A stretch of DNA of 64,000 nucleotides. It comes from Octopus vulgaris. Its lineage: Eukaryota. A program made the position numbers and the translations under genes. The stretch's first letter is position 1. Each line of letters begins with the position of its first letter. Positions 53,730 through 64,000 of the stretch are shown in pieces. Below the pieces are notes generated by a model that saw only the letters and a list, made by a program, of their open reading frames with translations, had not been told where the DNA came from and searched no databases. The stretch is from positions 44,454,001 to 44,518,000 of the forward strand of contig OX597834.1 of the NCBI GenBank assembly GCA_951406725.2, written 5' to 3'.

Positions 53730-53872
53730 ATCTTTTATCGTTTGCTTGTCTCAGTCAATGGACTGCGGCCATGCTAGGGCACCGCCTTGGAAAATCTGTT
53801 AGTCGAATACATCGGCTGCAGTATTTAATTATTTTATAAAAGCCCGGTACTTATTCTATCGGATATTTTTTG
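53730..53872 (-). mobile_element. SINE family B-type tail fragment
   Basis: Minus: AAGGCGGTGCCCTAGCATGGCCGCAGTCCATTGACTGAGACAAG. Confidence 0.75.
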
Positions 53873-54177
53873 TGAAACCACATGAAAAACATTAAAAATA
53901 AATAAAATAAAAAATAAAATAGATAAATACAATAAAAGGCTTGATGAATGGAGCAGTAACATTGAGGAATCTTCGTGAAGAATTTGTGAAAAATCTAAAT
54001 AAGCTATTGAAAGAACAGAATCTGGGAAGAGTGAAAGAATTAGGAATACGTATATTCAAAAGTAACTTGTTTGTTAAAAGCACGGATAATAAATTTTAAA
54101 AGACGTAGAGACGGAAACAGCAAAAAGCGATTGAATAAGATAGGAAAAATTTTAAAGAGGCAATGAAAATCGTAATA

Positions 54178-54567
<390 letters not shown>

Positions 54568-54977
54568 TCAAGGGTTGAATGATTGATTGTGAGCGTAAAA
54601 GGAAGTTTAAAGAAGTGAGTAGATTAAATTATTTTGTAATTCAATTTAGTGAACGTTACATCTAATCAAAACTCCATTAACTCGTCTATTTGGTCAGTGT
54701 TCTTTAACAGAAGCTGTCGTAAAGTTTGCTTTTCCTCTGAATAAAAAATAATATGCACAAGCTTTACCATAGATAAATACTTTACGCACAGATCGAACAC
54801 ATTTTCTCTCTATCTCCATCTTTCTCTCACTCACTCTCTCCTTCTCTCACTCACTCGCTTCTTCTCTCTCCCTCTATTTCTCTCTATCTCTTGTCCAACA
54901 CTCTCACGTTCTGTCTTCTCTGCAGCATGCTTCTGTCTGTGTGTGAGCATGTATAATAACAGTTTCCTATTTCTTAT

Positions 54978-55186
54978 TTATTTACTGCCCACAAGAGGCT
55001 ACACACAGAGGGCACAAACAAGGAGGGACAAACGGATTAAGTCGATTACATCGACCCCAGTGCGTAACTAGTACTTAATTTATCGACCCCGAAAGGATGA
55101 AAGGCAAAGTCGACCTCGGCGGAATTTGAACTCAGAACGTAGCGGCAAACGAAACACAGCTAACGCTTCTGCCAGCTCACCGCCTT
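54978..55186 (-). mobile_element. SINE family A with 16-bp TSD
   Basis: Flanks GCATGTATAATAACAG (54947-54962) and GCATCTATAATAGCAG (55188-55203). Confidence 0.92.
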
Positions 55187-55457
55187 CGCATCTATAATAG
55201 CAGAATGAAGATGTAACTATTCGAAAGAAATATATTGCTGTGCTGTGTCCAGCCCTCATCGATATTTCTCTTTAAAATATTGTATTTACTCTGTGTACAT
55301 GGAAATGTTATATTCTTCAATAATCGTACAAATTATGTATGTTTACACATATAGACATATGTATGTATATACTCATACATATACATACCTATAGATATAA
55401 TTACATACACAGACACGCACACACACACACACATATCTACAGATATATGCATATATA

Positions 55458-55718
55458 TGATGGTTAATGTGTCGCGTTGACGATTGCGAGATTCGAACGT
55501 TGTGTTCTTGAGCAAAGCACTTCGTTTCACGTTGCTCTGCGATCCTTTCGTCATCTGACATGTGACACCCATTGCACCTGTACAGGTAATGTCGATCTGA
55601 TAGAGGGAGTGAGCTTATGTGTTCACAAACATTTGGTCGCTATAAGCGAATCATCTTTCTGGTTGTTCGGTAAGAAATTGTCGAACCCCCAAACGTCGTC
55701 TAACGACAGGAGATCCCA
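55458..55718 (+). mobile_element. CORE-like SINE (family D-related)
   Basis: CGTTGTGTTCTTGAGCAAAGCACTT..TTTCACGTTGCTC shared with the 11393-11702 and 61108-61365 elements. Confidence 0.65.
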
Positions 55719-55720
55719 TC

Positions 55721-55777
<57 letters not shown>

Positions 55778-55960
55778 AAGAATACAAGGGTATTCACTGG
55801 TAATTTAAATGAAAAGGTACGCTGAGTAAGTGTTATAATTGGTCTTTCGTTAGGTTCCAAGTTAACAGCTGAACCTGGAACATGGGATTTCTATTAGGCT
55901 TCCGAGTTAGCAAGTATATATTGAATTAGAGGAAAGGACAACGAAAACTGAAGCAGGACG

Positions 55961-56266
55961 AGTACTTATTCTATTGGTTACTTTGCCAAAACGCTAAGTT
56001 ATGTGGACGTAAACACACCGGCATCGGTTGTCATACGATGTTGTGGGGATAAACGACTACACACAAACATATACATACACATACATATGTATACATATAT
56101 ACGACGGGCTTCTTTCAGTTTCCGTCAAGCAAAAATCCACTCACAAGGCGGTGGTCGGCCCGAGGCTATAGTAGAAGACACTTGCTCAAGGTGCCAAGCA
56201 GTGGGATTGAACCCGGAACCATGTGGTTCGTAAGCAAGCTGCTTACCACACAGCCACTCCTACGCC
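55961..56266 (-). mobile_element. SINE family B, 3'-truncated
   Basis: High identity to 24770-25072. Confidence 0.9.
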
Positions 56267-56965
56267 TATAAAAGAAGTCAAGGGACCCTGCTAACCACAG
56301 ACCATAGTAGCTAAATACCATGCAGTAGAAAGGACCAAAAAAGAACAGGAACCAAAACAAAAGCAGGGGGAACAGGTGTGTGAATTATACAATGTTGAAT
56401 AGCAGATGATGAACAATTAGAAGTAATGAAAGAAGCATAGGAAATAAAAATAATATGACAATTGAACATTGCATTGTGAACTGTATGAATGGATTGATTG
56501 AGTCCAAATTATCTGACAGTACTCCTAATAAAATGTGATTCAAAAATATATGAAGAGATTAAGAGAAAATTATCTCAGACACCTTTAGTATTAATTGATC
56601 TCGTCTTAATGTCGTATCTACTAACAAGTAAGGTAACAATGCAATGCAGCTAGCTAATGATGCTTTGAAGGAAATAATTTAAGCGCACAGCAAAACGGGA
56701 ACGGTTTGAACTCCCGTAACGATATCCTAAGCACTTGTTTACATAAACGAACATTTTATTTTCATAAAGAAAATCCACCTTCAGAATATTCGCAAGAGGT
56801 TTCTGACAGTTGCGAATGCCATTATTGTTTGCTGTTTGTTTGCTGTTTTACTATTTGTGCTCAGCCGTGTTCCATGCTGTTTCTCCAAAATCTTGCATAG
56901 ATTTATGAATAAAAATTCAGTGTCGAAACCTTCCAGCCATCTAGCGCAATGTATATATATATATG

Positions 56966-56999
<34 letters not shown>

Positions 57000-57051
57000 A
57001 TATATACATACATAATATATATATATATATATTATATATATATATATATAT

Positions 57052-57133
<82 letters not shown>

Positions 57134-58465
57134 GTACATATATAAATATATATATACATATATATAAATATATAAATATGTATGAATATATATATATATA
57201 TATGGATGTATGTATATATATATATATACGCATATATATGCATATATATACACACATAGATAGATACATACATATATATATATGCTTATATATATATATA
57301 TATATGAATGCATATATATTCACATATACACACATTTATACATATATGTATATATTTATATATCTATATGTGTGTGTATATATGTATATATATGTGTGTG
57401 TGAATATATATATATATGTATATACATATGTATATATGTAAGTATATATATATATATACATATAAATAGATATCTATATCTATATATATGTATATGTATA
57501 TATATAATATACATATATATATATAGCTATTTATCTATCTATATATATGTATACAGATACACAAGCACACATATATACATATATACATATATGCATACAT
57601 TACTCACACACATACACTAATACACACACTCGTATACATACGAGTATACTTCACTGCCGTCAGCTATGAATACGATATTTACTGATTTTAATCTCCATAT
57701 ACATCTGAAAGAAAACAAAATATATGGGTTCTTTAGAGACTTAGAAATGTTTTGTTCAAAATCAATTCGACTAAGAATTCAAACTGGGGAAGACGTACTC
57801 TCTAATGCAGTTTACTGAATTGTAAAGATAAGAAAGTTATTTGAAAAATGTCAATTTAAATTTTGTCTTCTCGAATTTTGCAATGTGATTAAATTGCTTT
57901 TATGGTTTTTCATTTCTTCAATGGTCTCTTACGTGTTGATTATGTATTTATATACATACGTAAGTATATACACGCTGTGATTATGAATACGTGAGGAATT
58001 GCGTTCGTGTGTGTATATTTATGTGTGTCAAGGACATGGGGTTTTGAAATAGGGGAGCAGATATTGAAACGATTTCGTCAGTCGTTACTCTTGTAACTGC
58101 TGGTGCTGCTGCACTGGAATCGGTTCAATGTCAAATCCCCGTTTCCGCAGATACTATTATGCCGACATACATACGTAAACAGTAGATTAAACACACACAC
58201 ACATGTCCGCACGTAGTCAAATAAGGATATTTATATATATGTTAAGATATATATACAAATACTCACGCGCATATGTCTCTATACAGGTGTATACATATAT
58301 ATATATATATGTGTGTTTGTATGTGTGCATACGTGTATGTACTTATATATACACATGTATATAAATATATTTCTCTCTCTCCGCTGTACTATATATATAT
58401 ATATATATATAACATATATATATATAATGTATATATATAATGTATATATATATAATATATATATA

Positions 58466-58523
<58 letters not shown>

Positions 58524-58720
58524 CAAAGCCAGTGGCCAGATCAAAGTGATTTTTTAATGTTGCTACTTGTTTAACCCAAGGCAAATTCTCCGTAACTACA
58601 CTGGTCTCTTCGTTACAGCTCGCTACTTTGCTTGTTGCAAATCAGTGACCGATGGTCACTTTGTTTATAATATACTTTTAGCGTTAGCAAACTCTTTCTA
58701 TCACCCTGATGTCCGGGTGC

Positions 58721-58769
58721 TCACGACCGAGGATGCGCCAATTAGCTCGAAACTGAGTCAGTCACGTGA
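58721..58769 (+). ncRNA. Hammerhead-like motif, family I (core CCGAGGA)
   Basis: UCACGA CCGAGGA U GCGCC-AAUU-AGCUC GAA ACUGA-G-UCAGU C ACGUGA: palindromic stem III, GUC triplet, stem I 5/6 paired, stem II partly decayed. Confidence 0.6.
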
Positions 58770-58987
58770 TCCTCATACGTGCTGGAGCGTTGTAGGTGTT
58801 CGCTGCCCCTGCTAACAATACATTGTACATAAAGGATGCTGATTCGCACTGATAACCAGCTTGCGGAGAATCTGCTTGGGGTTAAACTAGTAGTAACGTT
58901 CAACAGCCTACATATCTCACATCTATTTTCTTTCCTCCACCCCACTCTCTATTTTATATCCTTTCTAAATTAACTATTACTTGACCA

Positions 58988-59037
58988 TCTCCGATGAAGG
59001 GATATAATTAATAAATATCCTGGAAACAGCTGTAAGA
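58988..59037 (+). ncRNA. Minimal hammerhead, family J (core CCGAUGA)
   Basis: UCU CCGAUGA A GGGAUAU-AAUUAAUAA-AUAUCCU G GAA ACAGCUGU A AGA: 7-bp stem II, perfect 8-nt palindromic stem III, GUA triplet. Confidence 0.7.
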
Positions 59038-59107
59038 CCTTCTATCTATAACTGTTCTAAAATCTACACAGCCTTGGTTTTTTAATCTCTTTACACAAAA
59101 CAATTCT

Positions 59108-59163
<56 letters not shown>

Positions 59164-59258
59164 GAGAGAGAGAGAGAGAGTTTAGGAAATAAAGACGAAG
59201 ACAGGTGGTGTACAAAACAAACAGATGTATTAGTATAACGCTCAGGAATAGAAAAGTT

Positions 59259-59292
59259 TTTTACGTTTCGAGCCTACGCTCTTCTACAGAAA
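59259..59292 (-). ncRNA. Minimal hammerhead-like motif, family E (within 59181-59340)
   Basis: Minus: UUU CUGUAGA A GAGC-GUAG-GCUC GAA ACGU A AAA. Confidence 0.6.
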
Positions 59293-59392
59293 GGGACACA
59301 GAAAAAACAAGGAGAGAAAAAAATGTGTGTAGTGGCTAAATATATATATACATATGTATTTATATTTATATTTATATTTATATATATATAAA

Positions 59393-59512
59393 GGTAGCCT
59401 GCTCGCTTAGCCAGCGGGGTGGCGTCATTCGAAGGACAAAACAATGCGAACGCATTGTGACCAGCGATGTGTAGCAACATCTGATGGTCTGGTCGGTCAC
59501 GTGATCACGTGA
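59393..59512. mobile_element. Unclassified GC-rich 120-bp insert between TA tracts
   Basis: Sharp compositional boundaries; internal hairpin ACAATGCG-AA-CGCATTGT; ends TCACGTGATCACGTGA|TATA. Confidence 0.45.
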
Positions 59513-61107
59513 TATATATATAAAGGTTTTTGTACCGAAGATGTTTGTGTTCATCATTTAGCGTTTACTTAATCTCCTTTCCGAAGGTTTCTTCTTAGAG
59601 TTGACTATAATCAAATACTTTGAATCAGAAAACAGTTTCATGCACGTAAGACTGAACTTTAGAGAAACTTCTGCACTCGTTTCGTTGATTTATAACTGAA
59701 ACAACCTTCACTTGCATGTAGCTAGTAATTCGAGGAAAATCACATATGTCTATGCACTTTTGGTTTATACGTTTTTTAATGGTACACATTGTCAACCACA
59801 GTGAATTCCCTTCGTAAATAAACAACACTAATTGCTTATAACAAATAACTTGGAATCTGTTAGGACGATAATCCAAGGCTTAAATAGAGGGAAGAAAAAT
59901 TATTATCGAAGGATTACAGTTCTATAAAATAACCAGTTGGTATCCACAATAAGAATCGCTTCCAGAAAATAATGAATGGAATTCTTAAAAGTTTACTGCA
60001 GTGTCGCCTATGACTGTGAGGTAACTAAACTGACGTGAAACCGGGGCTTAAATCGAAGAAAACAATAATGTTGAGGGGTGATATTTTATGACTATTTTTA
60101 AAACATGATAATAACTAAGAATGTATATATATATATATACATATAAATTGTAGTAAAATTACTGTTCGCCTTCCAAACTGCACGATTAGAGTTATTTAAT
60201 TGGCCTAATTCTAAGAAAACATTATTGGAAATATTTTCGTTTTTAATTTCCCTTCTATTTAATTGGATGTCTGGAGGGAAATCGTTAATAGGGCTTCAGA
60301 AGCTGTGAAGGTGAACGCAATTTCAGCTTGCTTAATGATGTTTACAAGAACTGCGTGTCTAAAATCAGTTCGAAAACTTGAGGTTAATATAATGTTAAGT
60401 CGCACATTCAATCTATATTAAATTTCAGAAATATCTAACTCTCTCTCTCTCTCTCTTTCTTTCTCTCTCTCTCCCTCTCTTTCTCTCTCTCTCTCTTTTT
60501 ATTTCTCTCTCTCTCACACACACATATATATATTTACTTATAAGAGTATGCATGTGTTTGTATCTATGTATGTATATATGCATGTATGTATGCATGCATC
60601 CATGTATGTATGTATCTCTCAGTCTGGCTGTCTGTTTATCTATCTATCTATCTGTCTGTGCATGCAGAGTTATTCCGTACACTACTTTCTTAAAAAAATA
60701 ACCAAACCGATTATTATGGTGAAGACATTACACATTTTGTACAAACAAAACTTTAGTATAGACGCTGAAAATTTGACTTAGTGGAGGATGTCACTTACAC
60801 GTTAGTATAAAATCGATGAAAGTTTTCTTTTGTTTTATACCCTTCTAAATGACTAATGTATTTCGTATTGATATTGATATCTAAAGCCTCATATATAGGT
60901 CAAAATGACACAGTGTAAATCATTCGTTATAAACGAGGCAGAGGAAAACGGAAAAAAAGAGAAGGAAATAGCGATAACTATTGATGCATTAAAAGGAAAA
61001 CGACGACTAGATAACGATGAACTTAAGGTAAGTGAAAGGCTTACGACCCTTTTCCGGTTTCTGAAATAATGAAAACTGAAGTCGGAGTAGCCAAGTGTCT
61101 TCATATT

Positions 61108-61365
61108 GGAGGTGCGTGGTTTACTGGTTATTGTGTTGGACTCATGGTCGTAAGATTGTAGTTTCGATTCCCAAACCGGGCGACACGTTGTGTGCTTGAG
61201 CAAAACACTTTCATTTCATGTTCCTCAGTCCACTCAATTGGAGGAAAATGAGTAATCCTGCAACGGACCAGCGTCCCCTCCAGGAGGGATATTTACACGC
61301 CATAGAAACTGGGAAACCAGCCCTTATGTGTCGGCATAACCCGAGAAAGGAAACTTTACTTTACC
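61108..61365 (+). mobile_element. tRNA-derived CORE-like SINE
   Basis: GGAGGTGCGTGG...GTTTCGATTCCCAAACCGGG head, TGTGTGCTTGAGCAAAACACTTT CORE-like block, (ACTTT)-type tail. Confidence 0.8.
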
Positions 61366-61637
61366 CATAGTGTTTTCATGGGGATTCTTGGATTAATTGG
61401 AAGGATGTTTCGGATAAAATTTAAGACGAGAATCAAACTGATCTTCAGATTAAAGTGGATTATATATTAACATTTCGAGGGCAAAAATAAATTTACCGTT
61501 GTATGTAGGGCCGTAGTGATTATGGGACTAATCTCATAATTTCACTATTGACGATAACGTCACTTCATTTGTTCAAATAGTATGCGCTGTAAATTTTAAA
61601 TAGGCGTGAAGCGTTTCGTATTTAATACAAGAAAAGC

Positions 61638-61733
61638 GATTATAGGATTAATCCAGTGTTTAATCGTATCATCAAGTGATTATAGGATTAATCCAGTGAT
61701 TAATCCTATAATCAAGTGATTATAGGATTAATC
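61638..61733. repeat. Five alternating-orientation copies of GATTATAGGATTAATC (40-bp period)
   Basis: Units at 61638(+), 61658(-, degenerate), 61678(+), 61698(-), 61718(+), separated by CAGT/AAGT. Confidence 0.9.
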
Positions 61734-61880
61734 TAGCAGCATAGAATTTTGCACAAGGGATTCCCAGCACATTGAGCCAAACCTTAGGTGTTAAATATGG
61801 CTTAGTCAGTCAACCGTTTGAACCCAACAAAGTGCCTTCTAGGGACCTTTAAAAGTGTCCACTCCGTTGCAAGCATGGTT

Positions 61881-62259
61881 GGCACTCCGTCAGTTACGAC
61901 GTCGAGTGTTCCAGTTGATCCGATCAACGGAACAGCTTACCCGTGAAATTAACATGCAAGTGGCTGAGAACTCCACTGATACGTGTACCCTTAACGTAGT
62001 TCTCAGGAAGATTCAGTGTGACACGGAGCATGACAAGGCTGACCCTTTGAAGTACAGGTACAACAGAATCAGAAAGAAAGAGTGAGAGAAAGTTGTGGTG
62101 AAAGAGTACAACAGGGTTCGCCACCATCCAATGCCGGAGCCTCGTGGAACTTTAGGTGTTTTCGCTCAATAAACACTCACAACGCCCGGTCTGGGAATCG
62201 AAACCGCGATCCTACAGCCGCGAGTCCGCTGCCCTAACCACTGGGCCATTGCATCTCCA
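61881..62259 (-). mobile_element. SINE family C with about 18-bp TSD
   Basis: Matches 30106-30470. Flanks TCCGTTGCAAGCATGGTT (61863-61880) and TCCGTTGCTAGCAGGATT (62260-62277). Confidence 0.92.
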
Positions 62260-62502
62260 TCCGTTGCTAGCAGGATTAGACTAAAGGTAACACAGTGGTT
62301 TTGGTCATTTCTTTCCCACTCACGAATCTTTGGAAGTGCCTCACCAAACTGTAGAATATAGATTTTATTGATAGATTACGCCGTATTACACTCTTGTATT
62401 GATGACTGCGAGGCAGTAAATTTTGAACCTTTAAGTGAATAAGCTGCGCCTCTCACAATTGTCTTAAAATTCTAATATGTTGTTGACGTCATACGAAATT
62501 CT

Positions 62503-62620
62503 AATCCACTCACAAGGCTTTGGTCGACCCGAGAAGACACTTGGTCAAAGTACCACGCAGTGGGACTGAACACAAAATCATGTGGTTGCTAAGCAAGCTA
62601 CGTATCACACAGCCACTCCT
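62503..62620 (-). mobile_element. SINE family B 5' fragment
   Basis: AATCCACTCACAAGGC...CACGCAGTGGGACTGAAC...CACACAGCCACTCCT. Confidence 0.85.
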
Positions 62621-64000
62621 ATATATATATATATATAATCTGGCAGTAATCAGGTTTTGCTTTTCAAGTGTTCCGAACCAGATATAACAGTTGAAAATTC
62701 ACGCATCCCAAAATAGAGATTTGCCCTCAATTCTTAACCTCCTTGTATTTTGGAGCAGAATGAGGATTTGATATTTACGTGTTGTTGCTCTTCATTGTAA
62801 CCTTTTGTGGAGAAAATAATGACTTATCAGTATATAGTTTCTGGGTACATATTCTTATTTATCTGAGAGTCTCTTTTGATGTAATATGTCAGTCAGAAAT
62901 ATTTTCAACATGTATTCTGATGCCTGCATGAAAAAAAGAAAATCGTGCTTCTAGTTTTCCCCAGATTACACCTGATGAAATTGATGGTGTGGAAATCGTT
63001 TAAAGACTCATCCAATAATAAATAAATAAGTATATATATATATATCAAACGCTTGTATGCACATATCCTGAGGCAATTCTGATTTGTCTTTGGTTATTTT
63101 TTTCACGTTCTTCCTTTCCCGTCCCCAGACTAAGCCCTTCAATCCACGTTTTTTTCTCATTCACTTCACGGGAAAGGATTTTATAGAGAATATATTTCAA
63201 CGGGTTATTCGTAAGCTGATATTACGTTAAATTTGAGTTCGGCAAGCGTTGTTGTGTTGTTCCATTTCTGAACTGCTATTTATAAGAAAGACATCGCCTT
63301 TTTTTCTTTTCTTTTTTTTCTTTTTTTTTTTGGTGTACATGGAATGCTAAAATGGTAAAGTAAAACGAAAATAAACATCAGAAATCAATTCTTTTCTTAT
63401 TCTTTCTTCCTTGTCTAGAAATTGTATGACACAGCTTGTGTTCCCGATTTTTACGTTTCTATTTTTCCTTCCGTTCCTTCCTTTTGGGAGAGAAACGGAA
63501 GTGAAGGGTGAAGAAAATGAGACACAATAAAGGAGTAAAATGATTACTCTGATGGTGGTGGCGGTGGTGGAGGTGGTGGTGCAGGTGGTGGTGCAGACGG
63601 AAAGAATGACAGGCATCAGATTGAAGGGAACAGAATGAAATTAAGGTAAATCATAGAATTCGACTCTTGGAGTATATAATTTCTAGATTCGCGATCAAGA
63701 AGCGATAGGTTTGAGATAATTTGAATTTTGGGTTACTTTTTCAAAGACCAAAACAAAATAATCTAAATAACATAATGAAATAATCAACGCAAAAATATAA
63801 TAGCGTAAGAAATAAAGCATGTATATATCTGAGTTCAAATTCCACCAAAGTCGACTTTACCATTGCACTGTTTACCATTAAAATGTTCCTTGTCCTATCC
63901 CTTTTCCTATTCATATCCTGTCTTTATGCCCAACCCGTTGTTTATGGTAATAGCTTATAGCTAAAAGTAGGTATTACAAACTCGATTAGTGGATGAACAA

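Overview
AT-rich, microsatellite-saturated eukaryotic non-coding DNA (large intron or gene desert). The repeat landscape resembles coleoid cephalopod (Octopus) genomes; this is recognition/inference, not a database result. I found no credible protein-coding region: the ORF track consists mostly of translated (TA)n/(CA)n/(TG)n/(GATA)n/(ATT)n tracts and SINE sequence. The window holds about 25 copies or fragments of four to five tRNA-derived SINE families (labelled A-D here; several have target-site duplications), a short non-autonomous Helitron plus a second Helitron 3' end, and two very decayed possible LINE fragments. The main result is hidden in the short unique-looking segments wedged between microsatellites. 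About 16 of them, from about 10 unrelated sequence families, parse by eye as minimal type-I hammerhead ribozymes: stem I - CUGANGA-like core - stem II - GAAA - tiny palindromic stem III - UH - stem I'. This is the architecture known from Penelope-like element (PLE) pseudo-LTRs. Many have non-canonical cores, including a compensatory U3-A8 replacement of the C3-G8 pair in two independent families, U4C, A6U and A6C. Several occur as divergent inverted pairs, and one has a 36-bp stem I. No PLE reverse transcriptase/GIY-YIG ORF is present. The 3' tail of SINE family B carries the right half of the same motif and is shared, with covariation, by a microsatellite-anchored non-SINE element, suggesting a SINE mobilised by a PLE. 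All structures were parsed by eye; no folding, alignment or search was run.
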